Origin: Hydrolagus colliei
Taxonomy: Eukaryota
Direction of reading: 5' to 3'
Length of the DNA: 64,000 nucleotides
Assembly: GCA_035084275.1 (NCBI GenBank)
Contig: CM068755.1
Coordinates: forward strand, 13,020,001 to 13,084,000
In this document: piece by piece, positions 23,103 through 35,892 of the stretch
How positions within the stretch are numbered: position 1 is the stretch's first letter
Layout: every line of letters starts with the position of its first letter
Translations under genes and position numbers: made by a program
Notes under the pieces: model-generated
What the model was told of the DNA's origin: nothing
What the model saw: only the letters and a program-made list of their open reading frames with translations
Databases searched by the model: none

Positions 23103-25489
23103 TTTTTCTTTGGAACAATATGCTCATAATTCTCTCATCAAAATGCCATTAGTGGGTGTCACGTGCACAAACACAGTCAACGTCATAAATACAATGCTGG
23201 CTGGCAGAAATCCTTGACAGATATTTGATTTCAAAACTGTCAAACGCTGGAGCTTTTATCCCAAAGGCTAAGCCTTTCACTATCCCCACAAAGAGAGCTC
23301 TGACCATTGGTGATAAATGGCGCTGTACTATGCAAGCAAATACTCAGAATGTATACCGAAGATTAATGCACAAAATGTCTTTTAGAATTATTATCAAATG
23401 CTCTTCAATAAGAGCAACTGTTAAGTAATATAAATAGAGAACTGGATGGTAATTCAGGCAGATTATACTAGTTACCATTTATCAAAAGCTTCTTTTTTTA
23501 AAAACCTCACGAATTCCTGATTGAAGCAAGTCTTTGTTGTGACAGATTAATGACTGCAACAAAAGAATCCAATGAATTCAGTGCTGGAGATCAGAAAGAC
23601 TAGCGCTGGCCAGATTTTAACAGAGATACCATTAGTGCTTCACATAAATCAGGCATGTTTAGAGTGAGAATACATTTTAAATACCATCTGGACTTTTTAA
23701 CCTCAGAGTTTCTATCCAGCGCTCATCGGCTTATGTAGTGAAACATTAAAAACCCAAACACATGCACTTCTTAACCCTGAATGGGCTGAATAAGAATGGA
23801 GTCAACAGAGTTCCTCAGCGACTCATTTTTTTTATTAAGAGCTGTTATTTTGTTCATAATTCACAGAACAAAAAAACCCACTGGTGACTAAGAAAAAGCT
23901 ACTTGACCTGCATGCAGTTGGCCCTGTCATTTACATTCACATATCAAACCCCATCACTCCATTTTCAGGTCTTTTTCCTGACTTGCTGCATTAGGAGGAA
24001 AGATTAGGACATAATATCAAGGTTGATTTTCTGTAATGTTAATGGTGGCCCATTATATTGGAATACATTTTCTAAGTGATGGTTATTTGGTCTCTGACAT
24101 TTTTATTAAAAACTTGTTGTTCGGCTTTACAGACTCGATTTGACTTGTGCAAAATGTGGCATTTCTGACAGGCGGCCTGAAAATTTCACCTAGCATCATT
24201 TTACCTACAAAAGAGAATTCAAGATTATGTGAAATTACACGGAATTCAAAATGGCCTTTTAGGCTAACACTAGTTAGAATTTTGCCCTTCCTGTCAGAAA
24301 TATTGCAAATTAAACCAAAGGATTACTTTTTAAGAAATGTTGCATTTTAAATTCCAATGAGACCGCCCCTCAGCCTCCCAACAAACTATTGTACTTCACT
24401 AGAACTGTATGACAACAGAGACCCCAATAAAGTCCATGTAAATATTGCAAAAATATGCTAAGATCTCTACACAAAGATTGTTATTTTATCATCTGTCACC
24501 TGAAAATTACAATTCCCACATGTAAACTAATACTATGGAATTAGTAGCAGTGTTTGATGATCAATAATTGATTTAATGGTGCTGCATTGTACCAAAAGTC
24601 ACTGCCAAAGAATAAATAAGATACAGTATCTCACTGTCAGTTATATGTTGTATTTGTTCTTCCATTCCAGTATTGAATTGTCAGATACAGTAGTTCTTAG
24701 TCAAAAAAGAGCTGTCAAAATTCCTCTATCTTCATAAAAGTACCCTTCATTCTTGCTACTAGTGTATATTGTTCACTGAGCGGATCACATGAAGTCTATT
24801 CTGATTCTATATTGACCGAACAGATAAAACGGGTAAAACCCTATAACATGTATATATGCCTCATTCAGCTTGGCTCCACAAGTTGTTTAAAAGGTTTCGT
24901 CATTCCAGAACCCATATGTCCTGCTCACAAAATGACCAACCCAAGAGATTTTAGTTGTTAAAACTTCAAACGTGTTTCGGAATAGAAGTAAAAGGGGAAA
25001 GAAAAAGTGGTGAAAAGGAAACTGGTCTCACACAGGAAGGTCTGTAAACTGTTGGAATTGGGGGGTTTAAAGCCTGTGTCACTGATGGTTCACGCTGGTG
25101 ACTCATTGGATTTAGCGAATATTTGGAACGCCAGTCAGTCATGGTGTAGAAATGTTGTAGTTGCTCAGTTATGAAGTGTTATATATGATTGTCAAGGTTA
25201 CTCATTTGCGGCTCCCATTTCCTGGTTTAAACGTGAAACTTGTTTCGGGGATTTGACCTGCTCACAGCTGTGAGGCGACCCTGTCAATCTTCCATACTTT
25301 AGTCTTTTTTCTCCCTCAGATCAAAAAAAAGGCTCGTGAAAGCAGTATGCAGCAGTCAATTAAAATACATATTTTTTATATTTCCTTCAGTCTTTTTTTC
25401 CTATACGTTTTGATAACTATACAACTTTGAATACAACTATTCAAACTCTTTGTAGCAAGCATTTAAAGTCTAAGCTTGGTATGGTTGTC

Positions 25490-25622
25490 AATGTTCTGCC
25501 CACAATAATACAGTCGATTCACTTTACAGTACATTCTGTGAAGCGCGATGAGATGTCTGGAAGATGTGAAAAACGCTATATCAAATGCAAGGATTGTTAT
25601 ATATTATTATTATTTATTATTA
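25490..25622 (+). mobile_element. SINE 3' tail
   Basis: CCCACAATAATACAGTCGATTCACTTTACAGTACATTCTGTGAAGCGC...CGCTATATCAAATGCAAGG. Confidence 0.85.
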
Positions 25623-25675
25623 CTGCTTTTACTCCATCAACCAGACTCTTATTACAAGAGACCCTGCATTGAACT

Positions 25676-26070
25676 TTAATAATAATCCTTAAATGTGATA
25701 TACAGCCTTTCACGTCGGGGTGGGGGGCAGTGGGGAGGGGGCTAAATGTCTCAAAGAGCTTCACAAGGATATGTTGTATAGTGACTGTATTTTGTTGATG
25801 AAAATCACTGCCAATTTGCACACAGAGTCGACCCACAAAGAGTCATTATGTGAATGAGCAATTTACTCAGGGGGGTTGATCATCAGGACACCGGGAGAAA
25901 TAATGCAAAACATTCTTTAAAGTCCTTGTTAATAAGCAGAAAGCACCTGGTTTAATGTCTCATCTGAAGGACTGCATCTCTGACAATGTAGCACATCCAG
26001 ACACAGGACTTGAACCCACAACTATCCAACTCGGTGGCAGGAGGCTACTGACTGAGTCAGGCTGTGACCC
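25676..26070 (-). mobile_element. SacSINE1-like SINE, degenerate, near full length
   Basis: Tail (AAT)n...GCCTTTCACGTC; Deu-like GCCAATTTGCACACAG...CCCACAAA; GGTTTAATGTCTCATCTGAAGGAC; head GGACTTGAACCCACAAC...ACTGAG. Confidence 0.75.
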
Positions 26071-28384
26071 CTACTTAATAATATTGAAAGATCAGCTTTT
26101 CGTCTGCAGACACCCAGCATTTTTTACTTTGCATCATTTGTTGCCTGTATTAAGAAATTGAATCCGGTTATCATTATATTGTATTTGATCAAGTACAGCT
26201 AATCCATGTCAAGTTAAATATCAACAAGCAAACATCCCCCATACAACTTTACCCATATTTTCTCATAGTGTTTTAATACATAGTACACATATTTTAGCAA
26301 GTCATCGTCTTATATAACCACTCTTCCTAAATACTCATGTTCTTTATGAAGATTCATGTTGGATCCTGACAAAGTATCTAAGTGGAGCACGCTGAAACTC
26401 TGATTGACCATTCATCTTTTCTTTGCTTTGCTAAACATTTTGGATACATTGTTGGAATATTATTCTAGCTCAGTCTCTGATGTTCCAGTTAGGCGGTTCA
26501 TCCTGAAAATACCCAATGCTTCCTGCAGGGAATGTTGGAGATCTGGGTACGGCCCTTCATACAGACAATAAAACAGATTTGTAGCAGATTATTGACATCA
26601 GCACTTGGCTTGGACTGATCTATATATATGACCTGGGATTAAGTCCCTGAGCTCACAACATGAGCAGCTGGTCCTCGGATTCCAATGACAAACCCAATAT
26701 TTCAGTCTTCAGCAACTTTGCCACTTCCTGCGAGGAACTCCTTCTTCCCTCCTCCATCCACTGCCACTCCCCCCACCGGCTGAATTTAACTAACTCAAAC
26801 TGCAGCCTTTGTTTAAACGATTCCTTGCTTCCACGTGTGCCTGTGCGTTGAATTATCTGTGAAGGGCTATCTGTGTTTCCCCTACTCTTGCACACAGGAA
26901 AAGGATATGAACAAGAGTAAATTACTGATTTGATTTGTGGGTCATAAGGTTGGAGGTCAACGTTGATTTTTTTGGAGCATTGCTGGGGCTGTGAAAGATG
27001 TTCCGCTCTGAGGCGTGTTTTCTCGGAAGTAACTTTTCATAGCAGCTGACTAAATTATGTAAACAAAGATAGACATATGGAGCACGCATGATCTATTATT
27101 GTTAGAACAGCATTCAGCTGTCAGAGAGTGTGCTCTCCAGTTTATATCCTGTATTGTTTCCCCATACCCAGCACAAGTAACCACAGTTCTTACATTTCTC
27201 TATTCCCTTTCTGATGTCTTTTTTTGTGGTGGTAAAGTGGTTAGTTTCAAATACATTTTCTTCCCACTTGGTTCCCACCCAACAAGTCAAAGCTCTTAAT
27301 AGGAAGCTTGGTCCTAGGTGGACAGGTAGCGAGATATATTTCTAACCATTTCCATTTTAGATGTGCTAATTTGGATCACATCCATTGTTCTGCAGTTGCT
27401 GAGAGATAGGAGAGGAAGAGAATGAGCAGCATTTCACAGAATTTACTGTCAAGTGCAATAATTGAATTTTTTTTGCAAACGCCTACATCGACAAATGCTT
27501 GTGTTAATAGGGGTTCGAAAAATTAAATGTGTGACATGACAATAATCAGTGAGATACTTAACAAGTCACATTCTACCCCCCCCAAGTTATGCAATAATTC
27601 TCCAATGTGAAAACCTGGAATCCGCCAGCGTGCTGATTTATGAACAGTGACGATAGAATCGTGAATGAAATATATTCTTAGGTCTGTAATGAAGTATGAT
27701 CAGTACTCCGTCATCCTCTTTCCACTGAGCAAACCCTTATACACCGTCTACACATTTGCACTGTAAATTATACCCAATTGCATTAAAATGCCACACAATA
27801 TAAAGGTGATTCAGCAACAGCTCCGGTGTAAAGGAGACATTTAGTGAGATGTTACAAATCATGGGATATGGTTGCATAACCTATGTAAGACAATGATTAA
27901 TATGGTTTGCGCCATAGTTCAGCTCTCCAGTTCGATGGATAATATCTATTAGATATGAAGCCCAACTTTAATTCTATTTCTGAGTAAGTTAAACAAATAG
28001 CAGATCCTACAAAGTTTTAGTCCAAATAAATCAGATACAGCATATTGCCTTTTCACCAAAGCTTCCCAATACTATCCCTTCCCAGGGCATTCCAGCAGAA
28101 CAATCAGATGCCATATTGGCAGAGCATTAAGGAAGATGCTTTTCCTTCTGAGACAGAGAATCCTCACACACAAATGTACAAATAAATGGAACAAAGCTGC
28201 CCAGTGATTCCGTGGATTCATTTCCTGTTGATGTGAGTGTACCCAGAAGGGCTGAAGTGCAACACCAGGTCTGTACCAATGGCACCACAGCTTCAGGAGC
28301 CACGCTCTCCAATCAGCCTACCCCGGCCTGCTGCACATCCCCAGCCTGCTGTTGGCCAACACAAGATGGTGAGCATTCAGTCAA

Positions 28385-28560
28385 TCTGCCCCCATTCTCT
28401 GAAATACCATTCCTCCACCTACCTCCCTACCTTAACACCTATCCTTCAACCACGCTTTTGGTCACCTTGCCACCCCTACACCCTCTTCAGCTTCCCCAGT
28501 CCAGCTTGGCCACACACCCTATATGTGGGATGCTCGCTGGAAAAGCACATCGGGACATCA
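28385..28560 (+). mobile_element. L2 3' end remnant
   Basis: C-rich segment resembling the other L2 3' UTRs (CCTTCAACCACGCTTTTGGTCACC...CCAGCTTGG...AAAGCACATCGGGACATC). Confidence 0.5.
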
Positions 28561-29599
28561 GTCTGAGGACACACCCATATCTAACAAAGCAACAGCCCAA
28601 GAAAAATCACATTAATATTCACCAAAATATCACATATTGCTATGAGTATCTCTTTCCCTACCAAAAAAAGCCAAATGTTCCTGCTTAAACTTTTACCATA
28701 ATTACTGGAATATTAGTTGCAATAGTTTCCAAATGGATCGTCTTCTGGCTAATGAACTCATTTCATCCAAGATATTTTTTGGGTGTATTTTTTGTTGATT
28801 GTTTCCTGCTGACGTCAATGGTCCTGAAAAAAATTGCTTTAACTGCAAACAGGCTGGGGTTTAGTCTACTTCGCTGATTACAGAGAGTAGTATGCAATTC
28901 AGCTGCACATCTAATTCATTAACATTTTTGTCCACTTAAAACTGTGTCGTGAGACTCAAACCTTGAGTCTTTGCTCAGCGATGCCCCCAGCTGCCCCAGC
29001 AAGCCGTCCTGAGAAGCCACGGAGATTGACTGAAGTCTGTCAGTCACCCAAACTTTCCAAGCCCTCTTATACTCAGAAGAAAAAGGGAACTTTCATGTCA
29101 TCTGCCTTCATTGGATTCAAGATTAGATCCCACAGATGAACAAAATATGTTTCAGCCACCCCCACCATAAGCAAGGTCAAGGAGGAACTTCCAAATTCCA
29201 TGGCCAAATTTCAAACCATTCTAGTTATTTAATTCAGTACATTTTATTTGATAATACCAACTTAACTGATGACCTGACCACGAAAGAGACGGACACCTCA
29301 GCTCATCAAAACTTGAAAAGAACATATAAATATATTGAAAACCTCCTTCTTCAACTATAAATACCCCACCACCCCCACTCCCCACTCCCCACCACCTTCC
29401 TGCTTAATTGGTGTCCAACCCCAACATGCTCCAAGTTGTCATGATTCAATGTGAAGGGCTCTATAAAAACACAAATTGTTGTTTCAAAATTGGAAAGTAC
29501 CAAAAAAAATCTGTGAACTCCTTTAAAATTTTGGAGCATAACTTTTCTATTTAAGTTTCAGAAACAATTTATAATATTGTTGGCTGCATATCATAATAA

Positions 29600-29800
29600 A
29601 ATTATAGTAATCCTTGCATTTAAAATAATTTAATTCACATTGGGGGACACTTCAAAGCACTTTACAGGATTTACTATACAGCAAACTGTCTTAACTAGAT
29701 TTTAGGTGCATAAGGCAGCTAATTTGTGCAGAGGAATTTGAAATGAACCAGTTTGTCACGGGAGTTAAGATTGTTGGCCGCGACACAGGGAGAAACTCCT
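29600..29800 (-). mobile_element. SINE remnant
   Basis: AATCCTTGCATTT...CAAAGCACTTTACAGGAT...GGCAGCTAATTTGTGCA...GTTGGCC..GACAC.GGGAGAA. Confidence 0.6.
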
Positions 29801-30289
29801 CTTCACTTGTCAATGAATTCACACTTTCCTGGAAATCTACTGGAGAATTCCCTAAAAGTTTATCTTATCGAACTTTTTTTCCTCCATAACTTTTTTCCTC
29901 TCTGTTTTGCTGCAGCACCATCTGCTGGTTCAGGTGATGTATCCCAGAGCCCATGGCAACTGTTGGTGCACAGAAACTGACCATATGGACACACAAACTT
30001 GCATGTTTTTTTAAAAACAACAAGTAATACACCTCCGAATTTTAAACGACAGATTAAACTCCCGAGATTTATCCAGTTTTATTTGCAAATCAACAGGAGC
30101 AAAGCAAACTGAGAAAAAAACAATTATCAGGTTTGAAATTACCTAACTATCAGAATCTGTCTGATGAATCTGGGGAGAAAAATTGCTCCTCTCTTTCAGA
30201 TGATCTCTGTGGAAAATAACAGCATCCCGCAGAATGTGGCCCTCGAAAGATTGCAATGTGCCATCCTGTGCGTTGTGCAGATCACATCG

Positions 30290-30447
30290 TTGTTGGTGGG
30301 ACACTGACGAGAGCAATTGGCTGCCACATTTTGGCCACAAAAGATACAGTCAATTCACTTGATGGCATATTCTGTGAAGCGCTTTGAAACGTCTCAACGA
30401 TGTTATAAGGCTCTATATCAAATTAAAGGATTATAATTATTATTACT
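30290..30447 (+). mobile_element. DeuSINE-like SINE 3' half
   Basis: GTGGGACACTG...GCAATTGGCTGCCACATTTT...CAGTCAATTCACTT...GTGAAGCGCTTTGAAACGTCTC. Confidence 0.85.
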
Positions 30448-32056
30448 AGCAGTGAGCCAACCAAATATTAATTGATGTTACCAATATACCAATTTTCATA
30501 GAAATAACAAACATTAATTATAACTCAGCAGCAATGGAATCTGAGCCAAAACATGGCACATTGCAGTTAGTCTCTACTGCTCCCTTGTTAAATTAGATTT
30601 AATCCTTTGGAATGGTGAGAAGACTTCAACTGGTTTATCAGTGATTTTCCATTATCACATTTGTGTTTTTAGAGAGGTTTCAACATTTTATCATTGTTAG
30701 TTTGGTAAGCATGGTATGAGTTTCCAACGTATCAGAAGGGGGTAAGGAGCATTGTTTAAGACTTTATCCTTGCCAGAAAAGGGTTGCGTTGAAATTAATA
30801 CTGTGGTTTATGAGTGAAAAAAGGCTTACGACGAGAGCAAAGGGTTATTGCAATTGGCATTACAGCAACTTGTAAAGAGGGTGTAGCTCGGGGTTAAAGA
30901 CTGCAATGGCAGTCATATACATGGTGGTATTTATATAATCCTCCCTCTCCCGTAAATGTGGTTTACTGCTTTAATTCTACCTTGTAGAACTGAATAAAGG
31001 GAATATATTTCAGCATGCTGGGCTTGTTGCATTTAGAGAATGCCTGTCAATGTTGCTCTTCCACAAATAATGTAACAGACTGATTCCATGAGCAGAATGT
31101 TGGGAGAATGAACTCATTAATTAATGACAACAGGCATGTAAAGTTCGCTGCAGCTCTAACAGAACAGTAGTTTCTAGTTCAAATTGCCTGCATAAAAGAA
31201 AACATGTCACCATCTGTTTGTTTGTAATAGAGATTTGTTACTGTATGAAAGCGGATATTGAGAATACATTCAGATTTTTTTTTCCTTTGGCGTATAGTAA
31301 ACTTTACGCTGTTTAAGTACACTGTGTGATGCTTCAGATTGGAGAATGGGTCAAAGGAATTAAAGGCACCACAGTTGCTCTAAGTCTTTATGCTCGTTCA
31401 GGGACTCAGGCCCGTTTGTCAAGAGATTAATAAGAACTAGATACACCCTTCCCTCCACATCCCAAGGTGAAACAAGTCACTACCAATGGTAAGACAGGCT
31501 TCCACTGGGAATTGGAACCTTGCTATTGACTATTGACAAGCCAAGCAAGTCAGTAGTGAGCATCCAGAGTGGCATGCCTTCCAGGCAAAGTGTATCACAG
31601 GATCATTGCTGGCATTAGTCCTTGTATTCCATTCTAGTATTCTCTAATACACTCGGCAGTGCATGTACAAATTTACAACAATCCAATTTCTTAAGCGACT
31701 TTTGTGTACACCGAAGCAATGGCTCTAAAGAAGCTTTGAAAATACTTGTTTCTCAGCTCAATGCTGCATTGATGCAATATGAAGAAATGTCACTGTTTAA
31801 TAAAGTGATGGAGCTCTTTGTTTTCACCTGACCCTCATCCCACTTTACATCTTCCACAATGCACTAATTTTATGATGCGGTGCATAAGTGGTAGACATTG
31901 ATATATTACAGTAATTTTAAGATAGGGAAGGGGGTGCTGGAGATTTGGTAGAACTCACTACATTAGAATCTTTTCAATGGTAGAATAACTAAACAATATT
32001 CCATTAGAAATGTGCACTACACTTTGGATGTTAGTGGATATGTTACTGCAATGCTT

Positions 32057-32127
32057 TGCGAAGCGCTCTGAGACGCTGTCCGGCGTGGAGGGCGCTATAT
32101 AAATCAATGTTGTTGTTGTTGTTGTTT
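32057..32127 (+). mobile_element. L2-type 3' tail with (GTT)n
   Basis: GCGAAGCGCTCTGAGACGCTGTCCGGCGTGGAGGGCGCTATATAAATC..(GTT)n; near-identical to tails at ~46030-46079 and 63862-63922. Confidence 0.8.
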
Positions 32128-33449
32128 TGCATCCCAAAGAGGAAGCATTTTTTTTAAGTCTTCGTCTTACAATTGAATCTGCAACTGGCTAACTTCTGTT
32201 CTACAGACTGTGCCACATTGCTGACAGCTTGTACAGTCTCTTCCTTTTGGCTTGTGAGATGAAACATCATCAGTACAGAACAGTACAGGCTAGATGCTTA
32301 CTCTCATGGAGGAGTAGAAGGATGAGTCATCTCTATCTGAGGAATATTGTCCACCCACTGAGATTGAGAGCTGACACCCTAGAATGAAAACATGGGAGAA
32401 CTTGTGTACCCTCACAGGATCTGACCAGAGGTTCAGCAAACTTTCAGGAGTTTCTGCATTTGACAGCTGAGGAAACATATCTTACATCCACGACAGTCCT
32501 ATAATTACCACAAAACTAATTATTAAACCTTATATCCTTCCCAGGAACCGGGTCTCCAGTCACACAGAGTAATCTAAATGATTTTCCTTGATAGAGGCTC
32601 AATAAAGGTAAATCTATTCTAAGTGTAATAGTCGCTAGCCATTCATTAATTTAGATACTATTGCAGTGCTTTGACCATAATCCCTGGCCATAAATGGACT
32701 AAGTGACACCATTAAAGCAAAGGTTCAGTATGGATTTGGATAAAGACGCTTTAAAAAGTGTGGTGAGTTGATCAGGCGCATGCTTTGTCAGTCCAATGGT
32801 TATCAGTTGGATTTCTCTGTAGAAATTACTGCAGGTATTACAGTCAGTGTCAAAGGAGCGATTGGCCCCTGAATAATTCTGGATCTGCATTTATACACCG
32901 CTGAGCGCAGATTAACTTCAGATTGAATTGGAATATCTCCCATCACATTTACATCGCTTTTTACTCTGGAGTAAAAGAGCAGAGGTGGCTAAATCTGACT
33001 ATTAGCAAGACAGAGCTCAGAGGCAGAATAGCCCTGATTGCAAGCTTTGCACTGGCCTTGTTTAAAGTAAAACTGCATGAATATATATAACCACACAAAT
33101 GATTTACTGCTATTTAAGCCATGAAAAGTAACCATTAGCATTGCTGCCCTCACATGGGTTTGTCGCCTTCATTATATCTGCCTTGCAGACATTCCTATTT
33201 ATAAGAATCACAATGACACATAACATGCAATGTCGAGCTGGAAGAAATGTAACGGTAACCTCTGTGTCATGGGAAGTGGGTGATGATTCATCTGAAAATT
33301 CAAGTTTTCAATTGAAATATTTTTAATTAACTAATAAATCTCACCTATTTCCCACCTTCCAATTATTATGTACACAGGCACCCGCCTTCATCCCTCCCAG
33401 CGCCGTCCAGAAATCCTCCATATACAGGGTTGAGCATTTCTGTTTCAAC

Positions 33450-33790
33450 AAATAATAATAATTTTTAAATTACAATCCTTGCATTTTATATAGAATCTTA
33501 TCATGCCTTTGAAAGGTCTCAAAGCTCTTTATAGCATTTACTGTGGAGATTGCATATTGGTCGGCAAATGTGGCAGCCAATTTTCTACAGTAATGCTAGC
33601 AAACAGCCATGAAGTGAATGAATCATTTTATCTGGAGGGATTCTTTGCACCGTGGTATCTTTCCTTAGGTTTGATACATCATCTATAAACCCCCAAAGTC
33701 TCAAAGTGCTTCAAGTGAAAAATGCTATCAAGTGGAGTTACTGTGGATTTAAAGGCAAACACAGCAGCTATTTTTCATATAGCAATCTTT
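33450..33790 (-). mobile_element. Degenerate SINE remnant(s)
   Basis: AATCCTTGCATTTTATATAG...GTCTCAAAG...GGCAAATGTGGCAGCCAATT; a second partial copy at 33690-33790. Confidence 0.6.
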
Positions 33791-35844
33791 TGTCCAACCC
33801 CCAACCTAATCTGAGCATCTGCTCAGCTCAGCAGCTCGCTCGCTCTCTGTTCTTTGCCTAAATACTGTGTTCTTGGCCTTCAGCATTTTTCGGCTTGACC
33901 GGGAAAAACTGAGAACTAGCTTGTGGTTGTTCGTACAGTCACCCAGCACAGGGCAAGTTTCACTGTGTGGATTAATGGCACAATGTATCTTAATTGACTT
34001 CAGAAAAAGAGTTGGAGAGGGATGTTGCCAATCTTTATAATGAGAAATACCAATAGTGAATTGTTGCAATAAGATTTCTAGTTTAGCCATTGGTGATAAT
34101 TGGTTCTCCGAAGGTTTTCACTTTCTTCTGGAGCCACAGTTAGCAGCAATTTGATGTGCAATATGAAGTAGATTTCAGAGGGATCATTAACTCGGTAGTT
34201 TTGTTTTGGACTTGTCCCCTTCTTCTAAGTTTCTCGCCCAAGTGGCTGATCTCCATGGATTCTTCACATCTACGCCAGACGATCCTTGTACCCACTGAAA
34301 TCCCAATGTAATTTCTTGATTAAAATAGCAGCCAGTAGTTATGGTTAACTGTGGTCAATTATGTGTGTTTCTCAATTAAGCATTCTGAGTGGGGCCTCAG
34401 AATTCCATAAAGGAACCGCACACTGATGTCGGAGCTACATTCCTACCAGTTGCTATCACAAGCTCAATGTTTTTTCTAAGAAATCACATTAAGAAATATC
34501 ACAAACTAGCTTCCTGTAGAAATGCTTTTAATTTTAGCAATCAGGGCACAGTGGATTATTTGTTTCAAATGTTTGAACAGTTCTTAAAGCATTAAATCCT
34601 GAGTTTAACTCAATTCCTGACAGTTATAGTTTTTTATTTCAAAATGAGCAGAAGGCAAGAGTATCCCAGCATTTGACAAGTCCTAAACTAGGAAATATTG
34701 TTATTAAAACTGCCCAAGTGCTTTTTAATGTACATTTTACTGCAAATTAAATAAACTTTCAGCTGGCTTTCAGCAGATTTTTAAGTAAAGATTTCCTGTT
34801 ATATTTAAAATTGATTACGCACAGTACATTTTCAGGGAATTTATACCACTGATGTGAAAAATGTGTTAGGTGTGATCTCTGAATGGACTTTCTTTTATAG
34901 CCTGAAGAATAGTAATGGGATTGCCAGCATAAAATAACTCAAATTGTTTCATGTGCAGTTCTGAGAGATACAATTAATGAGTACTTTATGCAATTTTTAT
35001 ATTAATTACTACCTAAAATCAATCCAGAGCGAGTTAACCACTTGCCTATTATACTAAATCAATGAAAATTATATTTAGTCATCACCAGGAATGCAACATA
35101 GAGAAGGACATTCAAAGGCCACCTACTAAACGTACAGTTTAATATTGGGTGTTGACAGTTGTAATGACAGTTGTATAACTCTTTCCAAAGCAGGAGGACA
35201 TCTCAAAGCGCTAAAAATAACAAAGTAATCATTTTGTTAAATTTAGCGATTTTGCACCCCATGTCGGTAGCTTACTCAACAACCTACACAAGCTGACATG
35301 ACGATGATTGTCATTGGTCCCCACACCCCACTCCACATGCACACCATTACACGTCACATATTTTTGCAAACTGTTCTATATGAACAGAATATTCTATTAT
35401 GAACAAACAGTTTTGAGTACTTTTGAGTACAAGTTACAGGTTGTGCAATAAAGATGCTGATTAACAGGTTGCATATCTTCCCTGGATTTTAAGCCTGATA
35501 ATTTTAAGATGTAGTTCGCTGACCGGCCTGTGTCATGCACACTTTATACTCTTTCGATACAGTTAATGCAGATTTCACATTCACTGAGGGCACAAGTGAC
35601 TCGGGACGAAAAGGTGAGCCAAGACACAAAAAGCACTGGAAGGGAAATTAATTAGATATGAAAAAGCCCCACCAATTATTCTCTCTTTTAATTATCTATG
35701 AAAATGTTAGTTGGCGGCAGCTATATATTGATTAACAGTCAGTCAGTGGAACAGCCATTAAAACCCAATCATGATATCCTCACTTTTAATCAGTCATTTA
35801 TACAAATCAAACACGCGTGTATCTGAGTTTCCCCCAACACCCAC

Positions 35845-35892
35845 ACCTCCCCCCTCCCCGCCCCTCCCCCCCCCCCCCCCACCCCCCACCCT
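35845..35892. repeat. Poly-C / C-rich tract
   Basis: cctcccccctccccgcccctcccccccccccccccaccccc. Confidence 0.85.

Noticed and set aside
28212-28688. 158-aa ORF
   Set aside because: Overlaps a C-rich L2 3' remnant, has a GTG start, no recognisable domain and no splice support
28810-28817. Full CRE site TGACGTCA
   Set aside because: An isolated 8-mer is expected by chance in 64 kb
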